Shown: positions 25,534 to 39,475 of the stretch, one piece after another | Position numbering within the stretch: the stretch's first letter is position 1 | Layout: each line of letters opens with the position of its first letter | Source: Octopus sinensis | Lineage: Eukaryota | NCBI RefSeq assembly: GCF_006345805.1 | Contig: NC_043000.1 | Location: 102,610,001-102,674,000 of the forward strand | DNA: 64,000 nt | Direction: 5' to 3' | Translations under genes and position numbers: made by a program | Notes under the pieces: generated by a model | Databases searched by the model: none | Told to the model about the DNA's origin: nothing | Seen by the model: the letters and a program-made list of their open reading frames with translations, nothing else

Positions 25534-25569
<36 letters not shown>

Positions 25570-26035
25570 TTATTTATTTTGAATAACTGAATGTTCTATT
25601 TTTAGTCTTCAGCATGTTTATCTGAATAAAGTCACAGACTTGCAGTCTTCTCTCTGCTAATTATTAGTTTATCACTAGAATTCTGGCAACATATATCTAT
25701 TGTGTATATATATACCTATATATACATGATTGCATATGCATGTGTTTGTGTGCATGTCTATGTTTGCATATGTACTTAAACATGCATGCATACAATTATA
25801 TTGCCTATGTATTTATAGTACATAAGCATATGTATATACACATATGTAAATGTATGCATGTCATTATTCAGTTTATTTCAAGGTTTCTTGCCAACAGAGT
25901 AAGAACCGGTTTCTAACCTAGATCCAAGGCTCCTTCATTGTAGGTATGTATGTATGTATGTATATGTATATGTGTATTTGTGAGTGTGTTTGTGTGTGCG
26001 TGTATATATCTATGCTATACATAGATATGTATGAA

Positions 26036-26232
26036 GGCGGTGAGCTGGCAGAAACGTTAGCGCGCCGGGCGAAATGCTTAGCGGTATTTCGTCTGTCGTT
26101 ATTACGTTCTGAGTTCAAATTCCGCCGACGTCGACTTTGCCTTTCATCCTTTCGGGGTCGATAAATAAAGTACCAGTTTCCCACTGGGGTCGATGGTATC
26201 GACTTAATCCCTTTGTCTGTCCTTGTTTGTCA
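26036..26232 (+). mobile_element. SINE family C
   Basis: Head ggcggtgagctggcagaaacgttag (A-box-like), gttcaaattcc (B-box-like). Confidence 0.85.
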
Positions 26233-26611
26233 ATGAAGAAATATATACATAGATATGTACGAATATCAATGTATGTACATATATATATGTGTTTGCATTG
26301 TGTTTATGTGTTTGAGTGTGTGCGCATTGACTTATAGTGATCAAATGGTTAAGTTCACTTCATAGCCACGATGTTCTGCGAACTATCCCACAGCCTGGCG
26401 AATAAGGCAAATATCAATGCATACCATGAAAATGAAAACGAATCGATAGAAGGCCTCAGGGTGGACCGTATTTCATATGAAATAGTACAGCTTTGTTGCA
26501 CTAACTCTGATTGAAAATTATGTTAGAGTACATCATGTACTCAACCACTAATGCAGTAATTCAATGAGAGGGTAATTTAGTTAATTAAAAAAACTGAATC
26601 TGCTTCGCTAG

Positions 26612-26656
<45 letters not shown>

Positions 26657-26674
26657 GTCTATCTATCTATCTAA

Positions 26675-26870
26675 CGGGAAAGTTTACGAAAATAAACAAA
26701 AGACGAAGGCAGGTGGAGTACAAACAAATAAATGTATTAGTATAGCACTCAGGAATAGAAATAGAAAAAGCCTTTTACGTTTCGAGCCTACGCTCTTCGA
26801 CAGAAAGATACACAGAAAAAAAACAAGAAGAGAAAAAAATGCGTGTAGGAGCTAACGATCTATCATGGCG
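26675..26870 (-). mobile_element. solo PLE terminal repeat with hammerhead-like motif (26772-26807)
   Basis: Homologous to 3262-3460; cttt CTGTCGA A GAGC-gtag-GCTC GAAAC GTA aaag. Confidence 0.7.
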
Positions 26871-27102
26871 GTTCGGCAAAAGAGACCAATAGGATAAGTA
26901 TTAGGCTCACAAAGAATAAGTCCCGGGATAGATTTGTTTGACTAAAGGCGGTGCCCCAACATGGTCGCAGCCAAATGACTGAAACCAATAGAAAATAATA
27001 TATATATATACACATGCATATATGGGTACAGGACGTCACCAACGGTTCAAACAACATGAAATACGTGAGCAAACGGGTTAAATACGTAAATAACGAAAAA
27101 AA

Positions 27103-27183
<81 letters not shown>

Positions 27184-27289
27184 CTATCAATTTATCTGTC
27201 TGTCAGCCTGTTTGTATGTATGTATATCTATCTATCTATCTATCTATCTATATATATGTCTGTCTGTCTTCTGTCTGTCTATCTGTTTG

Positions 27290-27388
<99 letters not shown>

Positions 27389-27808
27389 GTCTGCCTGTCT
27401 GTCTGTCTGTCTGTCTATCTATCTTTCTCAGACCAGTTTAACATCTGTTAACATGTCTCTCGCAAGATTATTCTAGATTTTCTTCTCCTATCCCTAATAT
27501 CGTTTTTCGCGGCGTTGATCTTGAGTAGTGGGAGTGAAGAAGTAATAATAGTTTGGATGTATAAAATCCATTTATTCGTTTCTCTCTCTCTCTCTCTCTC
27601 TCTCTGTATATCCTTTCCCGCCATTCCTATGGAACTTCTGTTCTGCTCATCGCAATCTGTCATATGGAAAACATTTTGAAGTGAAAAAACAAAAAAATTA
27701 AAAGAAAGACGAAACCTATAAGTAAATAGATAAGTATCATTGAGGTGAGGGGAAGAGATGACTTGAGAGTGTCAAGAGATACTGCTGCTACTACTACTAC
27801 TACTACTA

Positions 27809-27845
<37 letters not shown>

Positions 27846-27902
27846 GCTACTACTGCTACTGCTGCTACTGCTGCTGCTACTGCTGCTAACTGTTGTTTCT
27901 GT

Positions 27903-28280
27903 GGAGGCGCAATGGCCCAGTGGTTAGGGCAGCGGACTCGCGGTCGTAGGATCGCGGTTTCGATTCCCAGCCCGGGCGTTGTGAGTGTTTATTGAGCGAA
28001 AAACACCTAACAGCTCCACGAGGCTCCGGCAGGGATGGTGGTGATCCCTGCTGTACTCTTTCACCACAACTTTCTCTCACTCTTACTTCCTGTTTCTGTT
28101 TTACCTGTATTTCAAAGGGCCGGCCTTGTCACTCTCTGTGTCACGCTGAATATCCCCGAGAACTACGTTAAGGGTACACGTGTCTGTGGAGTGCTCAGCC
28201 ATTTGTACGTTAATTTCACGAGCAGGCTGTTCCGTTGATCGGATCAACCGGAACCCTCGTCGTCGTAACCGACGGAGTGC
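27903..28280 (+). mobile_element. tRNA-derived SINE family B, full length
   Basis: ggaggcgcaatggcccagtggttagggcagcggactcgcgg...ggtttcgattccc head; a 5' part recurs at 38542. Confidence 0.85.
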
Positions 28281-28539
28281 TTCCATCCACTGTTGTTTCT
28301 ATTACTGGTACTACAACTTAAAAAAACTTAAAGCGGAAAAATAACGAGCGCACGCGCGTGCACACACACACACACACACACACAACACACACACACACAT
28401 ACACATGCACATACACACACAGAGCATGGAAAGAGAAAAAAATGTAAGGTCAGTTTGCAACAGATCCGAACGCCAAGACGGATACAGAGAACTGGTGGCT
28501 ATGGCTGGAGAAGAGTGACCAGAAGATAAGAGACACAAG

Positions 28540-29288
28540 CATTTAATATGCGCAGCTCAGGTACAAGAGTTGACGAATAACTATGTGAAATGCAGAATCG
28601 ACAACATTACCGACAGCAACATATACACAACAGAATGTGTGATGAGAGGGGTGAAAAATCACCCCTCTCACCGTACAACGGTATGGCACATCCCTTGCTA
28701 ATGCCCAAAATACAAAAGACGACATGACAATGTAGCAAGAGTGATCCATTTGGGAGTTCTGTGGAAATCACGGCCTACAAAGAGTAAAGATGTGGTATGA
28801 CCAAACTCCGGAAGGAATCACTAACAATAAAAACTGCAAAATATTGTAGGATGTAATGATTCAGTGCGATCACCTGACCTGGCATCGGAAACCAGACACT
28901 GTTGTGGTGAAAAAAACCCCAGAAACATGCATGATTATTAACATAGCATGTCCAGGTGACAACATGATCAAAGAGAAAGAAAAAGAAAAACTGAACAACT
29001 TCGACGATTTGAAGTGGGAAATACGAAGGCTGTGGTCAATGAGGAGAGCAGATGCGGTACAAATAGTAATTGGTGCACTTGGAAGTATCAGCATTCAACT
29101 ACCAACAAAAAGAGTGGTACAAATGTAAAGTTAGAACACCTACAAATGTCAGCATTGCTTGGAACTGCAAGAATTCTTCGCAGGGTTCTTGAAGCATGAC
29201 TAGTAAACAAGTGTCACCTTAATCTGCTGGCTGTGGACAGCTAACACTTTCTATCATACTCAGCAAAATAGGCTGTGAGTTTTCATCA

Positions 29289-29369
<81 letters not shown>

Positions 29370-29370
29370 A
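28540..29370 (+). mobile_element. R4/Dong-type non-LTR retrotransposon 3' fragment (restriction-like endonuclease) with (TAA)n tail
   Basis: KYKRRHDNVARVIH, RKPDTVVV, INIACPGD, KEKEKL, LKWEIRRLW, VIGALG, LQMSALLGTARILRRVLEA* (stop 29197-29199). Confidence 0.85.
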
Positions 29371-29374
29371 CTCT

Positions 29375-29585
29375 TCTCTACTATAGGTACAAGGTCTGAA
29401 ATTTCGGAGGAGGGGACTAGTCGATTACATCGACCCCAGTGTTTCACTCGTACTTAATTTATCGATCCCGAAAGGATGAAAGGCAAAGTCGACCTCGCCG
29501 GATTTCGAACTCAGAACGTAGCGACGGGAGAAATACTGCTAAACATTTCGCCCGGCATGCTAATGATTCTGCCAGCTCACCGCCT

Positions 29586-29648
<63 letters not shown>

Positions 29649-30110
29649 CCTTTTTACTATAGGCACAAGGCCTGCAATTCAGGGGAGAGGACCAGTCGAT
29701 TACAGCGACCCCAACATTTGTCTAGTACTTATTTCCTCGACCCCAAAAGTATGAAAGGTAAAGTCGACCTCGCCGGAATTTGAACTCAAAATGGAGCGAG
29801 GGGCGAAATGCCCCTAAGCATTTTGCCCGGCGTGGATTCAAATGTTGGCATAATTTGGCCAGATTATATCGACCTCAGTACTTGACTGGTATTTATTTTA
29901 TCGACCCCGAAAGGAGGAAAAGGAAAGTCGATCTCAGAACAGAAAGACGGACGAAAAGCCGCTAAGCACGCCGGACAAAATGTTTAGCAGCATTTCTTCC
30001 GGCTTTTCAAATTCTGAGTTCAAGTACAGCAGTGTTCGACATTACCTTTCATCCTTTCGGAATTGGTATAAAAAGTACCAGTCAAGTACTGAGGATCAAT
30101 GTAATCAACT
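29375..30110. mobile_element. tandem SINE C copies separated by (TAA)n
   Basis: Minus copies 29380-29585 and 29650-29830, further fragments to ~30110. Confidence 0.8.
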
Positions 30111-31384
30111 CCCCACCACCACCACCACAACCACCACCACCACTACCACCACCACTCAAAACTGCTGGACCTGTGCCAAAACCTAAAGTCATTACTCTAT
30201 TTATTTATTTATTAACCATTATCATTAAATGTATTTGAAAATAAAGATTTTTCTTAATGAAACTGAATAAAATATAGAAATAATCTCAAAAGCATATTTT
30301 AAGAGAACACACTGCTTTCTTTAAATCCTCTTACCTGGCTTGTGAATTTCAGTTTTAAGACGCTAAAGAGAAATATGAGAAACATTAAAAACCTCTAAAA
30401 TTAATGATGGTGTGGTATGTAAATTGAAACAGTAAAAAGTTTGTGAAGTGAAATAAATTCTTTTGTAGTAAGGAAAGGGAGGGTCTAACGTTCCAAACGG
30501 AGCTCTTAGTCGAAGAAATATTAGTATACACCAATTCTTCTATGTGGTTTTTATGTGGACTATGTGGACTTGGTGGGACTGGTGGAGAGGTAAAGGCTGA
30601 TGTAAAATAAACTAGAAGTTGTAATATATCTAAGAAGGATGATAAAATCTAAGTGTTTTTTTAATTTAAAAAAGAAAAAAATGTCCGGTCGGTAGTTGAA
30701 ACTGGAAAAAGCCATACGAATCGGAAAGAAAAGGACCAACAAATGAAGTTCTCGGAGGAATCAGAGTAGCTGACATAGGGCCGCCAGCGATGGTGAACAC
30801 TGGTGGACCTGGTCGACTCTACGCGTGATAATGCCTCTGAGACCATTAACTTGGGATGGCCTCAGCCCTGTCAAACAAGAGCATGAAGAAGCAAGTGACT
30901 CAGTCAGCAAGATATAAAAACCATTTCTCCCCCAAATCAATTTTTACTGTCTTAAAAGGGAATATGTCTATGTAGCATAAAGGCGTTATTTCCTAATATA
31001 CTAAGCGAAAAGTTCTGTTGTTCTTCAGGTTTTGGAGTACCCTTGTCAGTCGGTGATCCTTTAACTGTATACATTTCTATTGCATAATATAATTTGTAAC
31101 AACACACATACACATACACACACACGCACGCACACGTGCACACACACGCGCACACACGTGTACGCGCGCGTGAAACATACTTTGGACAAGCAGTAATGAA
31201 TTGAAATGAATATAGTAAATATTTCCTGCAGATTAACGGTGGGATGAAAAGGATTTTCGAAGCTGGCTGACAAGATTTGTACTTGGTTTTAATCAGCAAA
31301 ACTAATTGCAGTTCAGCGCATTACCATCTGTGCTACTCTTACAGACCTGACAACAATATCACAATAAATTTGGTTAAGATTCTT

Positions 31385-31799
31385 CCTTTCTTTTACTTTC
31401 TTTTATTCTTTTACTTGTTTCAGTCATTTGACTGCGGCCATGCTGGAGCACCGCCTTTAGTCGAGCAAATCGAACCCGGGACTTATTCTTTGTAAGCCCA
31501 GTACTTATTCTATCGGTCTCTTTTGCCGAACCGCTAAGTGACGGGGACGTAAACACACCAGCATCTGTTGTCAAGCAATGCTAGGGGGACAAACACAGAC
31601 ATACAAACACACACACACACACACATATATATATACATATATACGACAGGCTTCTTTCAGTTTCCGTCTACCAAATCCACTCACAAGGCATTGGTCGGCC
31701 CGGGGCTATAGCCGAAGACATTTGCCCAAGATGCCACGCAGTGGGGCTGAACCCGGAACCATTTGGTTGGTTAGCAAGCTACTTACCACACAGCCACTC
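31385..31799 (-). mobile_element. SINE family A, full length, young
   Basis: Close reverse-complement match to 43574-43996. Confidence 0.9.
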
Positions 31800-32043
31800 A
31801 TGATGATGATGATGATGGTAATAATAATAATAATCCTTTCTACTAGAGGCACAAGGCCTTAAATTTTGGGGATGGGGACTAGTCGGTTATCTCGACCCCA
31901 GAGTTTAAATGGTACTTATTTTATCGACCTCAAAAGGACGAAAGGCAAAGTCAACCCCCGCAGAATTTGAACTCAGGGCGTAAAAACAAGAAATGTCGCT
32001 AAGTATTTTGCCTGGGTTGCTAACAATTTTGCCAGCACACCTC

Positions 32044-32044
<1 letters not shown>

Positions 32045-32108
<64 letters not shown>

Positions 32109-32109
32109 C

Positions 32110-32153
<44 letters not shown>

Positions 32154-32625
32154 TATTACTTTTGATCCGCATCTTTGTTACAGTCACTAGACAAGACACA
32201 CCCAGCATCCTGGGACGAGTGAAGGATAAGAGATGTTGCAATATAACTGAATGCTTTGGAAGGGGAGGTAGTGAGATATCTTTATGTAATATAACACAGA
32301 CATTTAAATGGATAGGGTTTTTCTAAGGATGTAGGCAGTATTTGTCAGTACAATTTTTTGGATTTCTCTGAGACATGGTTATCTTGGGATGTTATCGAGA
32401 TATTCTGACATCCCGTTTTTATCATACTTATGGCACCTACAATAACAGGAACAGTTCTCGTTTTAAGATGCCCACATCTTTTGAATTTCAATTTCCAGGT
32501 CCTTATATTTAGTTTGTCAAATTCCTTGACAGATGTATTTTTATCAGTGGGAACACTTACATCTATTAGTGTACAAATATTTTCTTTACTTATTATGTCT
32601 GGTTGGATGGAAGAGGCTTAATAGC
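32045..32625 (-). mobile_element. R4/Dong-type LINE 3' fragment with (TAA)n tail
   Basis: QPDII..CTLIDVSVPTDKN.SVKEFDKL / YKDLEIEIQKMW / TVPVIVGAI / LREIQKIVLTNTAYILRKTLSI* (stop 32304-32306). Confidence 0.8.
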
Positions 32626-32639
32626 AGTAGAAGAATGCA

Positions 32640-33580
32640 TACAGATGGAAAGAAAAAGCCTAGTAGAGTATTTACAGAGCAGCACAGAAAAACTACTAAA
32701 GACTGAATAAAGAAAAGGGGATCAAGCGTGTAATAGGAGAAAAGGACGAGAATGAGAGGCAAATCGAAGAGAAACTTCTACATGGTCAATTTTAGAGAGC
32801 CATTGAAGACGTATGTGGAACAAAATCCTGGGCTTGGTTAAAAAAAGAGCCTCTTAAAAAAAGAAACAGAGAGCCTAATAGTAGCATCCTATGATCAAGC
32901 GATAAAAACAAACAACTTGAGAAAAAATATATGGAGATAATGTATCAGAAAAATGTAGAGCCTATAGAACTTGGAACGAGACGGTGGTACACATTGTAAC
33001 AGAATGCCCCAAGCTGGCACAGGAAGAATATAGGAAATGGAGGCACAACCAGGTTGTAAAAGTTTTACACTGGAAACTTTGCCAGAAATAGGGATTTGAA
33101 ACTGAAAACACATGGTGCAATCCTTGAGTAGAAAGAGTACTGGAGTTGGAAAAATGTAAGATTTTGTGAGACATGCTTATTCAAATGGACAGGAAGTTAG
33201 AAAATAATCAACCCATCATGCCCGTTTGATTCCAGGATCAAAAAGAAACAGGACGATAAAGAAAAATACAATCCATTTTAGATAAGAATAATTTGGAGTA
33301 TGAGAAATGTATAGGTTGTGTCTATAATAATTGGTGCGTTGAGAACAGTAGGCAAATTTATAGACAAATAGCTGAAGGAGATTGAAATAGAATGCCCAGT
33401 AGAGCTCCTACAGAAAGTTTGTCACTTAGGGACACCAAGGATTATCAGGAGAGTGCTAAGCACTTGAAAGACGACTGAAAACTTGTGGATACCTAAGGTT
33501 ACAGGCAGTAAACCTGCTATCCACATAAATCCTTCCAGGAATAAGATAGAACCTGATTCAAACTAAATAATAATAATAAA
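32640..33580 (+). mobile_element. R4/Dong-type LINE 3' fragment, head-to-head with the previous one
   Basis: KLLHGQF, SWAWLKK, KKETESLIVA, DQAIKTN, ECPKLAQEEYRKWRHNQV, CKIL*DMLIQ across frames; short (TAA)n tail at ~33565. Confidence 0.8.
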
Positions 33581-33904
33581 TATGATTTTAAATTTTAGCA
33601 CAAGGGCCATTATTTTAGGGAGTGGAGTCAGTTGTATGATTATTAATTTTAAACTAACTAAGGATTGTAGTTGAGCAAACTTTCACGCTATGTATTTGAA
33701 TGGAGGGTTAATATAGTTCGTTGACAAATTTTCATTAGTTGTGTTCATGCAGCATTTTGCAAGAAACAAATAAATTCTATAAAGTTTCCCCATTGCAGCG
33801 TAACAAGCAAGCTTGTTAGTAGTAAATATGTAATTTCTATAAAATGATAGGATCATCACTGGATCACAACACATTAATTCACTGCAACACAATCTATTTT
33901 CCTT

Positions 33905-34140
33905 AACAGGCTCTGCTCAAAACAAATCAAAGAAGAAAAAGATCACGTCACCTTCAAATGAAACCTGGACAAATTTCTTCAAGGGATACCTGATAAGCCA
34001 CCCATGCCTAGATACATATCAGCCAACAACAACTCCTTACTTAAATGGGCCATGATACCACAAAATTTGACTTTAAAATAACTTAACATATCCTATCAGG
34101 TGCTGATATTAAGTTAGACATAGGCTAAGTTAAATAAATT
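33905..34140 (+). mobile_element. CR1/L2-group LINE extreme 3' end
   Basis: KQIKEEKDHVTFK*NLDKFLQGIPDKPPMPRYISANNNSLLKW resembles the C-terminus of such RT ORFs. Confidence 0.55.
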
Positions 34141-36202
34141 GGAATACTTTCGATCAAAGGTCTGCGCAATAAGGACAAACCCAGGGCTAAACTATAGAAA
34201 AATCGTAACGCAACAACAGCAACAACAACAACTGGGAGTTGCCGAAAGTGAGTGAAGTGAAATGAGTATTGTCTCATAGCAGTGTCTAAAATTTCGTTTA
34301 TTGTCGATCTTTATCTTGGATTGAGGAATTTCATGCTAACGTCAGTGAACCTTATACTACATGTGAGATGGAGATAACAGTTTAGAGGTCAATCTGATAT
34401 ATATATATATATATATATATATCAGATAGAACTCTAAACTATATATACATACATACATATATATAATATATATATATATATAAGCAACGGTTTCGGTTAC
34501 ATAATCTTCTCGATTGTTACGTTAAACCTTAACTCCAAACGACTGGTGTCTTTTTTCATTCGTGCGTGCACGAGTATATTATTCTCATATATCATAATGG
34601 ATTTTTACCTTTTTCAAAATAGATATATCTCTCCCCAAGGAACTTCTTTTTTTATTTTTTATTTTTATTTTTATTTTTTGTGATAATCAGGGTGGGTGGC
34701 TTATGACCGAGGTCTTTTCCTTTTAATTTTAAGATTTGGAAGACATGTACCAAAAGGGCTTGTAATTATTAAAAAATATGTCGAGCTAAAGAACAAACTC
34801 TACCAGATCAGACATGCTGCTAGAAATAATAGTCAAAATTTCCTTGAAATTACATGTAATATCTTTAAAGAAAGGAAGGATACACAACAATGTAATCCTA
34901 GAGATTCTATGATGAAATAAAGACGTTATGATTGCCTTTGTAACTTCCTTTGACCGTGGGTCTGTTCGATCAGGTTTTTTAACTGCTTATATTATTTTAT
35001 TGGATATAACTTTCTATGTGTATTCTATACAATAAGGTTATCCTGAAATAAGAGTTGCAGTTCTATTAGTAAAATCCCAAATTTGTAATAATATTATATA
35101 TATATATATAAATATATATATATATAGCGAGAGAGAGTGAGAGAGAGAGAGATTTATATACTTGCATACACACACAGACACATCATTATATGCTTGGCTA
35201 ACATCGAGATTTGAAACGATGACCTGCATATTTATTCTTAATATGTTTTAGCAGATTCGAACTCAAATATTATAATTGGTGTTGTGTTTGTTAGGACAAT
35301 ATGCTCGCCTTTACGACGACTATGTGTTATTAACACATTCGATTCATTAGTTCACTATATTTACTTTTCTTTTTTCCTTTTTTCACAAAAGTGGGCAATC
35401 AGGGTATTCTTTCTATTTTTTGTTTCAGTAACTCTGGTGATATGACGGAAGTGTTGAGTAGAAGCGCAGTGATACTTTTTGCATTATTGAAACGGATGTA
35501 GGAAGTGAACCCATAGATGTTTTTACTGACACACATGCACACACATACTCTCTCTCACTCTCTCTCTCTCTCACACACATATTATGTATCTTTGGTGTAT
35601 AAATAGATGTACAACTGCTTCTGTTAAGTTTGAAGATTCACCTCGCTCATCATTTGTTGTCTGTAATTATAATGCAAATTAAATGTTCATTCCTGATCCA
35701 TTCTGTTTAAGCAGCCAATTGTATTTTGGAACATCCAATGCAGGGTTCCAAACAACTGCAATGGAGAAACGTGCGTAGGAGCTAATAACATAAACTTGTA
35801 TCAGCTGAGTAGATTGGTGTAACGTAAAGTGCCTTGCTTAAGGATGAGGAACACATTTGTTGCTTGGGCCTAGAATTGAACCCATCATAAACATGAAGCA
35901 CCTTTGACTTTTTCTACTCGAAGAGTTTTTAAACCAATATTTATAACTTTATTTGCTTTGAGTTTCATTGCTCCAAAAAGAATTATTTCACGTTCGCTCG
36001 AAGTTTCTACATTCCTATGACGTTAGCAATATACAACTCTCATTGATAAGAATAATGTTTCTAAAGGGTCTAGGGAAATTCAAAGGATTGCTTACGTCTA
36101 ATGGTTACAGATGTTATGAGCTCGAGTCCTAAGGGCAACCTTCGATTTTTCCTTTCCAAAGGGTTTTATTTTTATTTCTATATATGTACGTATGCGTGTG
36201 CA

Positions 36203-36376
<174 letters not shown>

Positions 36377-36845
36377 TACGTTCTTCTGCGCAATGGAGCC
36401 GAACCCAGTACCATGTTGCCCTGAACCAAACGTTTTAACGTAACAATCATATCTGCCCTTTATTATCTGGTTATTTCAATTATCAGACATTATAGACTTT
36501 ATAATCCTGTACAGAAAATTATAGTTCCAGTGTAGGGTGTGATCGGATTTGATGTTACAACCAGCAAAAGAAATCGGTTTGTAATACAAAGCAACCTTTT
36601 TATTTTGTCATCTATATAACAGCATTTCTAATTCTTATTTTTTTTATTTCATTTTAATCTCAGTGACCAAGCAATGCAAAGAAATAAATGTCAAGCTATG
36701 TAATAAAGCACGTTTATGTATTTATGTGTGTTTCTAACTGTGCATAACACACACACACACGTGTGTGTGAGTGCGGATGTGTGAGCGCAACTTTTTCTCC
36801 ATGTGTTTGATCAAAAATGCCACATATATATGGCACACACACACA

Positions 36846-36876
<31 letters not shown>

Positions 36877-37170
36877 CGTTGTTATTATGTTAAACTGGCG
36901 TATGTCAAAATTTGGTCAAATACTTTTTTTTTTAATATTTATTTTTGCTTGCAATATCCAGTTCTTTTGGTCAAACTATTGTATCTCCAGCTGCTCCAGA
37001 TGCCAAGATATGAAAAATTGTCTAAGTGTGGTAAAACGGTTTTGCTAGGAATAGGGAAACAAATTTTTTGTTTACTGAAAAAGCAACGTTTTGGACTTAC
37101 GACACTTTTGCATATACATATATATATATAATTTTATTATATATATATATATAATATATATATATATATA

Positions 37171-37331
37171 AAATATTATTTGAGACAAAACCACTATTTT
37201 GCAAAACAAACAAGGAAAGACTTAATCAATACATAAAATTTAATAAATAGTCAAAAAAAAAAATTTTATGTATTGATTAAGTCTTTCCTTGTTTGTTTTG
37301 CAAAATAGTGGTTTTGTCTCAAATAATATTT
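37171..37331. repeat. perfect 71-bp inverted repeat, 19-nt spacer
   Basis: 37171-37241 is the exact reverse complement of 37261-37331. Confidence 0.92.
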
Positions 37332-38460
37332 ATAATATTTTACTATAAAATTGGATTTAATCCTAAATCTGATTTTTTCCCTGTAAATTTGGATATATTC
37401 CCTAATATTTATTATATATATATATATATATAATTATCAAGTTTGAAAATGAAGAGATCCAATGGATGTAAATTATTTTATTAATTAATAAATTAATTTA
37501 TATCCATTGAATCCCTTCATTTTCAAACTTAATAATAATATTTTATATTTTATAATATCTTTATTGAAGAAATATCTCTTCAAAATACACTATATTAACT
37601 AATTAAGTCCCAGAGTACTTAAATTTCTGAATATTACTTTCGAATTTTTACAGATGATTGAAAATAGGTTAAAATGAAAAAAATAATTATTAAAACTCCT
37701 TTATTTCAAGTAGAAAGGAAAATACTTGGTGTCCTATAAATAGGACACTTAGACAATGTGATATAGCTTTTTAATGTTCTCATTTAGGGTCCTATTTATA
37801 GGACAGTGGGACTGAATGTGTTAAACCAGTGCATCGTGGATCAAAATATCCCTATAAGAGGTCTAAACATCCATTAGTGACTATATATATGTGTGTGAGT
37901 ATGTGTGTGTATGTGTGTATATATATCACTGTGTCTGTGCGTGTCTGTGTGTGTGTCCTCACGAATTGTAAATAGCAATGAACAATGTGTCCTTCATAAT
38001 TTCTTGAGCAGCATTGAGTTTTTGAGGTTCAATCCTCATTGCAAGCAGCGGAAAGAGCTGCTTAGTGGATAATTTCAAGCGACATTTAGTACATAGAGAT
38101 ATCTTATTGCTTGTATATTTGTATTCACGTGTTTTGAGTTGTTGTGTATTTATTTCTTAGCACTGAAATAGCGTTATTTTCATGTATATACTTTTGATAT
38201 CTCATACACACGCACGGACACATACACACAACACATGCGCTCATACTAACACATGCATACATACATATACTTGAGCACAATATGCATATGTTTGTGTATG
38301 TGTGTGTGTATCAATACACGCACAAATACATGGATAAATACATGAATAGATAGATAGATAAATAGATAGAGATAAATAGATGGTTAGACATTAATAAAAC
38401 TGTATATACATATGCATATATGTGTATATATGTATATATAAATACAAACCTACGTATATA

Positions 38461-38498
<38 letters not shown>

Positions 38499-38541
38499 TG
38501 AATATATATATTAATATGTATATATATATATATATATATAT

Positions 38542-38757
38542 GGAGGCGCAATGGCCTAGTGGTTAGGGCAGCGGACTTGCGGTCGGAGGATCGCGGTTTC
38601 GATTCCCAGACCGGGCGTTGTGTGTGTTTATTGAGCGAAAACACCTAAAAAGCTCCACGAGGCTCCGGCAGGAGGTGGTGATCCCTGCTGTACTATTTCA
38701 CCACTCTAAAAGGCGGTGCTCCAGCATGGCCGCAGTCAATGACTGAAACAAGTACAA

Positions 38758-38760
<3 letters not shown>
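38542..38760 (+). mobile_element. chimeric SINE: family B 5' part joined to a family A 3' tail
   Basis: Matches 27903-28065 up to tttcaccac, then aaaggcggtgctccagcatggccgcagtcaatgactgaaacaagta. Confidence 0.75.
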
Positions 38761-38788
<28 letters not shown>

Positions 38789-38815
38789 TATATATATTAT
38801 ATATATATTATATAT

Positions 38816-38933
38816 ATATTGTTGTATTTAGGAATGATCATTTTGCCAGTTTAGCCAATAAAAACACACGCACTATAAATTTGGTTTTTATTGGCTAAAC
38901 TGGCAAAATGACCATTCCTAAATACAACAATAT
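38816..38933. repeat. 50-bp inverted repeat (1 mismatch), 18-nt spacer
   Basis: 38816-38865 vs 38884-38933. Confidence 0.92.
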
Positions 38934-39011
38934 CTGTTTCAACACACGATTTCACATCAAAAATCTTGCAAAACAAATATGTAAGCGTAATATGTGTAAT
39001 ATATGTAAACG

Positions 39012-39074
<63 letters not shown>

Positions 39075-39180
39075 CAATTGAGGATAGAATCTTTAAAAGA
39101 AATTATCAGTAGTTAGCGTGAAAAACCTCAGAAGAGAAAAAATCCGTAAATTTTCCACTTTGAAAATATTTATTTATATT

Positions 39181-39249
39181 ATATTGAGGGTACTACTATT
39201 CGTAGATACCACCCTCTTAGCGTGTGGTATCTACGAATAGGAGTACCCT

Positions 39250-39255
<6 letters not shown>
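39181..39255. repeat. 32-bp inverted repeat (1 mismatch), 11-nt loop
   Basis: 39181-39212 vs 39224-39255. Confidence 0.92.
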
Positions 39256-39287
<32 letters not shown>

Positions 39288-39291
<4 letters not shown>

Positions 39292-39475
39292 AGAATTCAA
39301 GAAAAAAACAAAAGACGAAGACAGGTTGTGTAGACAACAAACAGATGTATTAGTGTTACGCTTGGGAACTGAAAATGTCTTTAACGTTTCGCGCCTACGC
39401 TCTCCCACCGAAAGGAACACAGAAAGAAACAAAGAGAGAAAATAAAGAATGTGTAGTGGCTAGCGATCTATCATA
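39288..39475 (-). mobile_element. solo PLE terminal repeat with decayed hammerhead-like motif (39379-39414)
   Basis: Homologous to 26675-26870; cttt CGGTGGG A GAGC-gtag-GCGC GAAAC GTT aaag. Confidence 0.7.

Noticed and set aside
25900-25945. CAATGAAGGAGCC...GAAACCGGTT (minus) and CAATGAA...GAAACAATTGTA (13945-13990) as hammerheads
   Set aside because: Palindromic helix III-like ends are present, but the 5' core is too divergent and helix I is missing; at most very old relics.
27903-27975. tRNA-like sequence (also heads of families A, C and D)
   Set aside because: No complete cloverleaf or acceptor stem; continues directly into SINE body.
30660-30920. GC-richer island possibly coding
   Set aside because: Stops interrupt every frame examined on plus and no family motif could be recognised.
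37963-38155. Minus-strand ~65-codon open stretch (..LSTKQLFPLLAMRIEPQKLNAAQEIMKDTLFIAIYNS) ending at a GTGAGG donor
   Set aside because: The only good acceptor (tttcag) leads to stops in all three frames; not enough support for an exon.
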